Below, one piece after another: positions 1-8,007 of a stretch of DNA of 14,410 nt. Made by a program: the position numbers and the translations under genes. Within the stretch, counting starts at the first letter, position 1. The number at the start of each line of letters is the position of its first letter. Source of the stretch: Opitutia bacterium (GTDB lineage Bacteria > Verrucomicrobiota > Verrucomicrobiia > Opitutales > T3Sed10-336); assembly GCA_050506795.1 (NCBI GenBank), contig JBJHCF010000070.1, forward strand, positions 1-14,410, written 5' to 3'. Under the pieces are notes generated by a model that saw only the letters and a program-made list of their open reading frames with translations, was not told where the DNA came from and ran no database searches.

Positions 1-185
1 CACTCGCATACGGTCAAAGGATGCGAGTGCGGAGCCTCGCGTTCCCGGGTTTGGGGCCTCGCGGAAGGCAGGAATCCCAGCCCGGGAAATGCCGCCACGA
101 TATCAATCGGCATGTAGAACAATCGTCATGACGCACGAGCCTCTGACATCTTTCGAGATGTGCTTATCTTAGTCCCTTAATTCGG

Positions 186-215
186 AAATCTTGCGCAAAT
201 CGCGCAAGATTTTCT
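186..215. other. Perfect 11-bp hairpin (terminator, operator or part of a structured RNA)
   Basis: AAATCTTGCGC (186-196), loop AAATC, GCGCAAGATTT (202-212), followed by TCT. Confidence 0.5.
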
Positions 216-456
216 GGAGGGCCATGCTCCCGCAGGGCCGAGATCGCCCCAAAAGCAGACGTGGTGATCAACTCCCCTTCGCAACGGCCACCACGTCAGG
301 CACACCTTCCGGCGGCGGCGCGGGAGCGCCGCCCTCCACGTAACTCCTGATTGGTACCGGCTCCGCCGGGTTGGGGGCATTCGGACACAAGATTCGTCAC
401 CCCGCCAAACGAATTCTCGAGATTTTTCTTTCCCCGCAACGGGCAGCCATACTTGA

Positions 457-975
457 ATGAACCTCCTGATCTCAATGCACGAAGTGACAATCTATACGGA
501 CGGCGCCTGCCGTGGGAACCCAGGTCCCGGCGGCATCGGGATCGTTCTGCTCTCAACCAGCCGAAGGAAGGAGATCTCCCGCGGATACGAACGGACCACC
601 AACAACCGGATGGAACTCCTGGCCGTGATCACGGCGATACAGGCATTGACGCAACGGTGTCGCGTTCGGGTCTTCAGCGACTCCAAGTACATCGTGCGGG
701 CAGTCAACGACGGCTGGTTGCAGCGTTGGGCAGGTAACGGCTGGCGCAGAAACAAGACCAAAGAGGTGAGCAACCGAGACCTGTGGGAAACGATGTTCGA
801 AATCCTGAAAGAACATGAGATAACCTTCGAATGGACGAAGGGCCACGCGGCGGATGCGGAGAACAATCGCTGCGACTCCCTCGCTCGAATGGCGGCGTGC
901 TGCAAGGATTTGGTGGAGGACTCCGGCTACGTCGCGGCCCAGAGGCCGAACGAGCCCCAGCAGAATCTTTTCTGA
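457..975 (+). CDS. rnhA: Ribonuclease HI (start more likely ATG 475, MHEVTIYTDG)
   Basis: Canonical motifs IYTDGACRGNPGPGG, TTNNRMEL, SDSKY, NRDLW, WTKGHA, NNRCDSLA; the D-E-D-D catalytic set is present. Confidence 0.97.
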   Translation: MNLLISMHEVTIYTDGACRGNPGPGGIGIVLLSTSRRKEISRGYERTTNNRMELLAVITAIQALTQRCRVRVFSDSKYIVRAVNDGWLQRWAGNGWRRNKTKEVSNRDLWETMFEILKEHEITFEWTKGHAADAENNRCDSLARMAACCKDLVEDSGYVAAQRPNEPQQNLF

Positions 976-1235
976 CACGAATGTTGCCCGGTTAGGGCCG
1001 CCGATCAAGGCCCCGTAGTCCTACATTGGCAGTTCTACCTGGAACCACGCCCGGCTTTAAAGCATTGTTGAACCGAAAAAGTCCTCACAATGAGTTACGT
1101 CCTCGACGGGCTAAGGCGAGGCGAAACGTGATCGACTGCTTTCAACCTGATTTACAAATCCTGATTCACCTAAAACAACTTAACGTGTCTCAGGACTCCA
1201 GCTCGGCTGTTAGCCGGCGCCGGTTTCCAATCCGC

Positions 1236-1508
1236 TTACAATTCCTTTTGTCCACTCTTGACCAGCAACACTCCGCCTCCAATCCCGGAGATTGCGGCAA
1301 ACAGCAACGCGTACTTGGTCGCCGCCGGTGTCGCCGGCTCCAAATTTCCGCCACCCATCATTCCCCCAAAAGGGGCCGATTGATGAAAGGCATTCAATGC
1401 GCGAACGTTGTTGGCATTAGTATTGTAGCGCTCAACGCCCACAAAGATAGAAACGGCACAGATCACGAGACAAACGATCCCAAACACCTTCAATTGTTTC
1501 TTATCCAT
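1236..1508 (-). CDS. Small hypothetical membrane protein with two predicted TM helices
   Basis: 90 aa; hydrophobic segments VFGIVCLVICAVSIFVGV and YALLFAAISGIGGGVLLV; GGAG about 10 nt upstream of the ATG. Confidence 0.75.
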   Translation of the reverse strand: MDKKQLKVFGIVCLVICAVSIFVGVERYNTNANNVRALNAFHQSAPFGGMMGGGNLEPATPAATKYALLFAAISGIGGGVLLVKSGQKEL

Positions 1509-1866
1509 CTTGCTTGATCTCCATTAAAGAACATCGAAACATCAAGCGACGAGTGGCGGTCGAAAACCCGGGAATTCATGCGAGATATCTCGGCGCCATG
1601 CGACTGTCATTCCCAGCTTGATTCAGGTGAAATTGTCGCCCAATCCGAGGCAACCGCAATACCCAAGTTCGCGCCGCCAAGGCTATTCAGCAGGCTAATT
1701 CAACTCGATGAATTTCCTTGTCGTCCTGAGGACCTCTAAAATCAACCCTATTGAACGTGGGGAAGTGTGATTCTCCACTTATTCAGAATGGCGAAGATCC
1801 CCTGGGTATCCCGATCAAGGTCGAGCCGTTAAGCCTTTTTTGCTCGAAAAATGAACGAGAACCTGC

Positions 1867-2853
1867 TTGATAGGTCGGATGCACGCTTCGAAATTCGGGC
1901 CGGTAATTGTACTCCTATTCACGTTGGTCGCGGGTAACGCCCTGGGCCAGGCTTTATACACAAACCCCGATGAGGCGGCGGCGGACCCGGACTTTTCCCT
2001 CCAGGGAGAGTACGCTGCCGATGGATGGGGCGTTCAGGTCATTGCCCGAGGCGGCGGCGCCTTTGAGGCCTTCGTGCTCAAAGGAGGGCTCCCCGGAGCC
2101 GGTTGGGACGGCGAATACCGCCGGCGCCTGGAGGGTCAGCGCGACGGCGACGGCGCTCTTTTCTCCGGGCAAAACCTCAAGTTCGAAATCGCCGGCGAAA
2201 TCCTCACCCTGTACGACGAAAACAGCCACATGAAGGCGAGACTGCCTCGAGTCGAACGCGTCAGCTCGACCATGGGCTTGGAGCCCCCGGACGGAGCCAT
2301 CGTCCTTTACGGCGGCCCCGAGGATGTTGCCAACTGGCAAAATGGCCGGGTGGATGCCCACGGCCTACTCCAGGAAGGCACAACCAGCCGCGACAGGTTT
2401 CGCGACCACAGGATTCACATCGAATATTTGGTTCCCTACCGCCCCCACGCGCGCGGCCAGGGCCGGGGGAATAGCGGTATCTATGTGCAGTCCCGCTACG
2501 AGGTGCAGATGCTCGACTCCTTCGGCTACGAACCGCACTACAGCCACAACGGGGGGATCTATTCGGTTGCCGCCGCCGACTTGAACCTCAGCTATCCGCC
2601 GCTCCGTTGGCAGACCTATGACATTTATTTCAGAGCCGCCCGTTTCGATGACGAAGGCAACAAGGTTCAAGACGCCCGCATGACCGTGTACCACAACGGC
2701 ATCAGGGTACACGACGATGTGCCCGTGCCTCATGCCACGACCGCGGCTCCGATCACCGAGGAAACCGCGGAACCGGGTCCCATCTTCCTCCAGCGCCACG
2801 GCGACAACCCGATGCGTTACCGCAATATCTGGGTGGTCGAGCTCGGCGAGTGA
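1867..2853 (+). CDS. Secreted DUF1080 / 3-keto-disaccharide hydrolase family protein (start TTG 1867 or ATG 1879)
   Basis: Signal peptide ending ALG|QA; motifs HIEY, GNSGIY, YEVQMLDS, GGIY, WQTYDI, GPIFLQxHG, RYRNIWV. Confidence 0.9.
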   Translation: MIGRMHASKFGPVIVLLFTLVAGNALGQALYTNPDEAAADPDFSLQGEYAADGWGVQVIARGGGAFEAFVLKGGLPGAGWDGEYRRRLEGQRDGDGALFSGQNLKFEIAGEILTLYDENSHMKARLPRVERVSSTMGLEPPDGAIVLYGGPEDVANWQNGRVDAHGLLQEGTTSRDRFRDHRIHIEYLVPYRPHARGQGRGNSGIYVQSRYEVQMLDSFGYEPHYSHNGGIYSVAAADLNLSYPPLRWQTYDIYFRAARFDDEGNKVQDARMTVYHNGIRVHDDVPVPHATTAAPITEETAEPGPIFLQRHGDNPMRYRNIWVVELGE

Positions 2854-2989
2854 ATATGCCCCCGATCACCGCACTGACTCCGGAAGCCATAGCGGCAGTC
2901 CGGCCACGAAATCAGCCCTCCGAATTCAGTCAAGGATACGCGGTGACCCCTTCTTCCTCTCCGTGAGTTCCCATTCACGGCCCCGCGCT

Positions 2990-4570
2990 CTAGGGCAGCG
3001 TAATGTAGGTGGGCGCTCCGGGACCGACCGGCAGACCGATGACAAAAACCCAAAGATAAAAGAAAAGAATCCAACCGATGAGCAGACAAATGCTGTAAGG
3101 CAGCATCGTGCTGACAATCGTCCCGATCCCTATCCTTCGATCAAATCGAGCGGCAAACGCGAGAATCAAGGCGAAATAACTCATCATCGGCGTAATGACG
3201 TTCGTCGTTGAATCCCCAATGCGGTAAGCGGCCTGAATCACTTCGGGACTGAATCCCAGACTCATCAACATCGGCACAAAAATCGGAGCAGTCACCGCCC
3301 ATTGGGCGGAGGCGCTTCCGAGCATCAGGTTCACAAACCCGCACATCAGAATGAAAGGAAGAAAGACGAGCGGATTATCCAGTCTGATCGCGATGAGAAA
3401 GTTCGCGCCGGTCACCGCCATGATTTCTCCAAGATTCGTCCAGCGGAAAAAAGCCACGAACTGGGCGGCGAAGAAAACGAGGACGATGTACAAACTCAAC
3501 CTCGCCATAGCCGCCGACATTCCATCAATCACGTCGCGATCATTTCTGATCGACCCGGTTATCCGCCCGTAAACGATCGAAGGCACCAGAAAAAATAGCA
3601 GCAGCAAAACCACGATCCCGGACATGAAGGGAGAACGCAGAATATCTCCAGTCTCCGGATTTCGGAGGATTCCGCCTGCCGGTAAGACCATCCAGAAAAC
3701 AAGTCCCACCAACAGGAGAATCGACAGGAAGGCCCACAAAAGTCCCCGCTTCTCCTTATCGGCGAGAGGTCGTAGATATTCCTCCGCCTCCACCGCCCCT
3801 CGATCTGAATACGCGTCGTCGTATTTGCCGAGATTCGGCTCCACGAAACGGTGGGTGACAAATGTTCCTATACCACCGACCAGGAATGACGAGCCGATCA
3901 TGAAATACCAATTCACAGCCGGATGAACCACATACTCAGGGTCTAGAAAACGCGCCGCCTCCTGGGTAATGCCCGCCAGCAACGGATCGATGGTGCCGAT
4001 CAAAAGGTTGGCGCTGTATCCTCCCGAAACTCCGGCGAAGGCCGCCGCCATTCCGGCGATCGGATGCCGGTTCACCGCGAGAAAAAGAAAGCCGGCCATC
4101 GGCACCAGCACCACATAACCCATCTCCGAAGCGGCATTGGAAAGAACCCCCGCAAATACAACGGCAAAGGTCAAAAGTCTCTTCGGGGCAAAAAGGACAA
4201 TCGAACGGATCGCGGTGGAGAGCAATCCCGAAGCCTCGGCCACACCCACTCCGAGCATGGTGACCAAGACCGTCCCCAACGGCACGAAAGAGGAGAAGTT
4301 CTCCACCATGTTCTCCATGATCATTCGCACTCCATAGCCGCTCAACAAGCTGACGACTTCGATTCGCCGATCCGGATCCCGGGGATCCTGAACGCCGGCG
4401 TCCACCCAACTCAGGATGCCGCTTAAGACAACCACTCCTACCGCGAGTAGAAAGAAAAGGGTAACCGGATGAGGCAGCAGGTTACCCAACCATTCAACAC
4501 ACTTCAAAAACCGACGGCCCCAGTCCGCTTCTTTTCGAGGATTCAAACCCGCGCCTTCCCCATAAGCCAA
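2990..4570 (-). CDS. abgT: AbgT family transporter (p-aminobenzoyl-glutamate/YdaH/MtrF-like)
   Basis: VEWLGNLLPHPVTLF, RHPIAGMAAAFAGVSGGYSAN, GSASAQWA, YRIGDSTTNVITPMMSYF, GLPVGPGAP; polytopic membrane protein. Start codon uncertain. Confidence 0.93.
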   Translation of the reverse strand: MAYGEGAGLNPRKEADWGRRFLKCVEWLGNLLPHPVTLFFLLAVGVVVLSGILSWVDAGVQDPRDPDRRIEVVSLLSGYGVRMIMENMVENFSSFVPLGTVLVTMLGVGVAEASGLLSTAIRSIVLFAPKRLLTFAVVFAGVLSNAASEMGYVVLVPMAGFLFLAVNRHPIAGMAAAFAGVSGGYSANLLIGTIDPLLAGITQEAARFLDPEYVVHPAVNWYFMIGSSFLVGGIGTFVTHRFVEPNLGKYDDAYSDRGAVEAEEYLRPLADKEKRGLLWAFLSILLLVGLVFWMVLPAGGILRNPETGDILRSPFMSGIVVLLLLFFLVPSIVYGRITGSIRNDRDVIDGMSAAMARLSLYIVLVFFAAQFVAFFRWTNLGEIMAVTGANFLIAIRLDNPLVFLPFILMCGFVNLMLGSASAQWAVTAPIFVPMLMSLGFSPEVIQAAYRIGDSTTNVITPMMSYFALILAFAARFDRRIGIGTIVSTMLPYSICLLIGWILFFYLWVFVIGLPVGPGAPTYITLP

Positions 4571-4792
4571 ACTTCGACATTTGGCAATCCGGTCGTATCA
4601 AACTCCCTCTTATTTAACGAGTGCATTTAAGACTCCATTGCTTTTTCCGCGCATCTGGAAGTAATGACGACAATCAATAAAGTCAACGATCTCCTGACAC
4701 TACGTTAAACCTGACTCAGAATGACTTCTCCTCGATGTGCACTCGAAAAACACGCGACGTTCACCCTTACACAGAAGCGGGCTCTAACCCGA

Positions 4793-4817
4793 GGATTCTT
4801 TCTTTCATGTCATCTGA
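4793..4817. repeat. 25-bp dispersed direct repeat, copy 1
   Basis: GGATTCTTTCTTTCATGTCATCTGA; 23/25 identical to 7825-7849. Confidence 0.7.
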
Positions 4818-4905
4818 AATCGTCCAGTCCGACCTCAAACCGGGATCCCCGCCGTGGCCTTCGCGAGGAAAGTGGGTTACCCATGGAATTCAACGGCACC
4901 GGCGT

Positions 4906-5568
4906 TTATCCGGCGCCGCGCAGCATTTCCAAAACAGGCTCAATAAAGACTCTTGATTCACGCAACCCGTCGAGAATGAATTGTATGGAAAGCGCAGCAA
5001 GGATCAATCCGCTGATCCTGCGGACTACCTGCATCACCAGCGGCGGAACCAGCGTGGCACCTCCGCAGGAGATTCGAAGAATGAGATAGCTTGCGGTCAA
5101 CACCAGCGCCAGTGCCAGGTACAGCAGGCCGGCCTGCCCCCATCCTATTGCCTGCCCCTGCATGATCACCACCGCCGAGATCGCTCCGGGGCCGGCAAGC
5201 AGTGGAATAGCCAGGGGAGTCACGGCGACATCGTCTTTTATCCGTCCAGCCTCCACTTCGCCGGACGAAAGTTTTCCTTTGGCTTCGCGCGCCATCAACA
5301 TGTCGAAGGCGATCACAAAAAGCAGAATCCCTCCCGCCACCTGTAAAGCGTGCAGCGTGATCCCCAGGTACGAAAATATAAACATACCGGTCACCGCAAA
5401 AAACAACAACACCACCGCCGTCACCGCGCAGGCCACTTTCACCATCCTCGCACGCTGAATGGGAGAATCGTTCGGGGTCATACCGAGAAATATCGGTACA
5501 CAGGAAACGGGATCAATGATCACGAAGAGGAAGACAAAAGCGTAGACGAAAAACTCCCAACCGCTCAT
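4906..5568 (-). CDS. MarC family inner-membrane protein (ORF extends to 5586)
   Basis: FVIIDP, AGGILLF.IA..ML, VTPLAIPLLAGPGAISAV, RISGLILAALSIQFILDG. Confidence 0.93.
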   Translation of the reverse strand: MSGWEFFVYAFVFLFVIIDPVSCVPIFLGMTPNDSPIQRARMVKVACAVTAVVLLFFAVTGMFIFSYLGITLHALQVAGGILLFVIAFDMLMAREAKGKLSSGEVEAGRIKDDVAVTPLAIPLLAGPGAISAVVIMQGQAIGWGQAGLLYLALALVLTASYLILRISCGGATLVPPLVMQVVRRISGLILAALSIQFILDGLRESRVFIEPVLEMLRGAG

Positions 5569-5862
5569 CACATTTCCTTTCCGCAATCACCATTCACACA
5601 AAACCCCGGCGCGGCAACTAATTCCGGAAGATTGAAATGGAATCCGGATTCTCGCCTTCTCCCGGCCCTACCCTTGGCTCAACCGGCGCGGGATTTCATT
5701 CGGCACCAGAAAGCAATCGCTCAAGGAACAAGGCGTGACGTCGTCCGGTCGGCCTTTGGTGCCCCTACCCAATGCGGCCATTATAAACCTATCGCACCCA
5801 TTCGGACACCCCTCTGCCCTGGAGCGGCTGGAGTCCGGGACCGGCCCGGAAGTCGCCGAATT

Positions 5863-6990
5863 TCATTGCTCGGATAGGGCGGCGATCTCTTCGAGCGTCT
5901 TGCCGTCAAGCATCCAGGCCAGGTTGAACCGCGCCACCTTCAGTCCCTGGTACATGTGGTTTTCGCCACCCTCAAACTGAAGAAAGACGAGCCCTTCGGT
6001 CACCGTGCCCGCCCGGCCGGCGGCGAGCGAGGAGTACGCGGCCGGCCCGTCGAACACCAGGCGTTTGACGGGCCAGCTTCGCCCGCCGTCCACGCTCAGC
6101 CAGACGGTCATGCGCTCGCGGGCTGCGCCGGGAGTATCGGCGTTACTGTACACGAGGATGTCATACTCATCGTGGGGCACGCGGGTCAGCCCGGCCATCA
6201 GACCGTAGGGGTCCGAACGCGGGCCGTCCGGAATCGTGTGGTCGGTTTCGGGATTTACCCAGGTGTGGCCACCGTCGTGCGACCACCCGATCCGGCGGGC
6301 GGCATCGATGGCGGTATGCGAGCGGGTGTTGTAGTAGAGCGTTCCGTCTCTCAGCTCGACAAGCACGGACTCGCCGGTACCCAGTACCGGGAACGGATCG
6401 CTGGTATGCCAGGTGGACCCTCCATCGTCACTGTAGATGGCATTGGTGTAGTGGTAAGGCCACCAGGGACGATCATTGGACGCCTCGGGCCCGAAGGAGC
6501 GCGAAGCGATGATGAGCCGGCCGGCGTGTTCGCCGTGCTGGAGCGTAATGCCCGAGTCCGAGCCGTGCGTCACGCCGATCAGCCCGGCACGGTCCGGGTG
6601 CAACGTAACGTCATCATTGGCCCAGCTCCTGCCCTCATCGGTGCTGCGGTAGGCGGAGTGGTGTTCGATGAAATGATCAAAGACAATAATGTCGCCGGTG
6701 TTGGCATCCACGACCGCGGCGCCGGTATAGCCGGCTTCATCGCCCACCTCGATAATATCGCTCCAGGTCCGACCCGCATCCTCGCTCCGGCGAACCTGCA
6801 ACGGGTGATTGGCGCCGCGAAACGCAAGGACCGTTCCCTCAGTCGTCACCACAACATTTGGGAAACGCGACCCCTCGTAAATGTTGTCCAGCTCGAAGTA
6901 AGGCTTGGCCCCGTCACACTGGACCGCAGAGCAAAGGACCGCCGCCGCGAGGAAGGCGCCGGCGAGAGTACTCATTCGTGACAAAATCAT
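5863..6990 (-). CDS. Secreted sialidase-like (GH33/BNR) six-bladed beta-propeller protein
   Basis: Signal peptide; RFP (RIP-like) motif; five Asp-boxes (SEDAGRTW, STDEGRSW, SDDGGSTW, SHDGGHTW, SVDGGRSW); GES, NTR, RERM, AYSSL, QFEGG. Confidence 0.88.
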   Translation of the reverse strand: MILSRMSTLAGAFLAAAVLCSAVQCDGAKPYFELDNIYEGSRFPNVVVTTEGTVLAFRGANHPLQVRRSEDAGRTWSDIIEVGDEAGYTGAAVVDANTGDIIVFDHFIEHHSAYRSTDEGRSWANDDVTLHPDRAGLIGVTHGSDSGITLQHGEHAGRLIIASRSFGPEASNDRPWWPYHYTNAIYSDDGGSTWHTSDPFPVLGTGESVLVELRDGTLYYNTRSHTAIDAARRIGWSHDGGHTWVNPETDHTIPDGPRSDPYGLMAGLTRVPHDEYDILVYSNADTPGAARERMTVWLSVDGGRSWPVKRLVFDGPAAYSSLAAGRAGTVTEGLVFLQFEGGENHMYQGLKVARFNLAWMLDGKTLEEIAALSEQ

Positions 6991-7204
6991 GCTGTTTTCT
7001 TTATATGATAAAAACCGGCCTGAAAGAGAGTTAGAAAAGCGAACAGATCTGTCAAGGTCTCCGGCACTTCGCCTTTAACAGGAGGGCTTGGCGGCTGCGG
7101 TTTGTACATCAGGTCGCTCCGGTACCCCGCCACTTAAGCTAAACGGCGGCTGCTCTTCTTTAGAACCTAAAAAGCCAGAAACGGGCAGTCGCTAATCAAC
7201 TTGA

Positions 7205-7606
7205 AGCCCTTCCCCTGTCACAGCGAAGCGCCTTTCTCCATGGCTTGAGGCCCGAACATTCGGGCCCTTTGAAGACTGGCTCAAGGCGCAAGAAGTTTCA
7301 CCCACGAGTGATCCCCAAACTCAGGACATTGATGGTTTGCCATTTTTGGCCAAATTCGCGTTTGGGATTCCAGTGGGGGAAAGGAACCCGGAACGGATGC
7401 CACAGTTCCAATTCAACGGTCATGAAGTCGAGATAAAAGTCTTCGTCGATCAGACACGTATGGTTTTCTATCCTGAAGTGTCGAAGGATCTGATAAATTG
7501 GACCGATTTACCTTCGTTTCACAGCAATCACATCCGACACGTCACCGTCACTCGAATTCTGCCTGACGACAATTATAGGTTTATCCGGATCCGAATTGGC
7601 TTTTGA
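7205..7606 (+). pseudogene. 5'-truncated remnant or orphan cassette encoding only a C-terminal module homologous to the serpin's tail
   Basis: The frame is open from stop 7202-7204 to stop 7604-7606 and reads FEDWLKAQ..DPQTQDIDGLPFLAKFAFGIP..YPEVSKDLINWTDL..RFIRIRIGF*. The first in-frame start (TTG 7337) lies inside the module. Confidence 0.7.
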
Positions 7607-7824
7607 CGCCGGGTAACTCGAGGGTGTCTCGACTCAATAGAAATCGCAGAGCTACTGGCTGGCCAATCTCCAGACGTTTGGTCAACCATGGAGAACCGAT
7701 GTCGATTCCTACGAAAATATCCTGATCGATCATGGAAAATCCTTCGCGTCCCGCCGAAGCCTCCGACGAAGGAGGATGGTTTGGAGTTAAGGTCTTTTAC
7801 CGCCCTAATTTAGCCCAGATCCTG

Positions 7825-7849
7825 GGATTTTTCCTTTCATGTCATCTGA
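7825..7849. repeat. 25-bp dispersed direct repeat, copy 2
   Basis: GGATTTTTCCTTTCATGTCATCTGA; 23/25 identical to 4793-4817. Confidence 0.7.
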
Positions 7850-7887
7850 CCTCTTCCCGATCGCTCTGTACCTTTCTCAGCGCAATA

Positions 7888-7979
7888 GCCCACGAAACAG
7901 ACCAACCACACGAAAAATAAGCCCCAGTTGTTCGCTCAGTCCGATGCCCTTCTCTCCCCCTTTCGTGTGGTTCGTGGGC
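7888..7979. repeat. Intergenic nested inverted repeat built from CACGAA units
   Basis: GCCCACGAA (7888-7896) pairs with TTCGTGGGC (7971-7979); AACCACACGAAA (7904-7915) pairs with TTTCGTGTGGTT (7961-7972). Confidence 0.75.
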
Positions 7980-8007
7980 AAACAAAGCTTTACCCGGTTC
8001 GTATGGA

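Noticed and set aside
326..362. Twister ribozyme-like string on the minus strand (GCCGGTACCAATCAGGAGTTACGTGGAGGG)
   Set aside because: Lacks the conserved UAA cleavage-site segment and AAGC loop; P4 and the pseudoknots pair poorly.
1..975. Retron (msr-msd plus RNase H) or group II intron end
   Set aside because: No reverse transcriptase in the window, no clear a1/a2 repeats or domain V; rnhA looks like the ordinary housekeeping gene.
1026..1517. 163-aa plus-strand ORF
   Set aside because: Antisense to the more protein-like 2-TM gene; composition looks non-coding.
4866..4880. RNase P RNA start (GAGGAAAGT)
   Set aside because: Not followed by CC and no other rnpB motifs; too little space before marC.
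5956..6981. Long antisense ORFs (341 aa here; also 11819-12565 and 12701-13375)
   Set aside because: Shadow frames of well-supported genes in GC-rich DNA, with no recognisable motifs.
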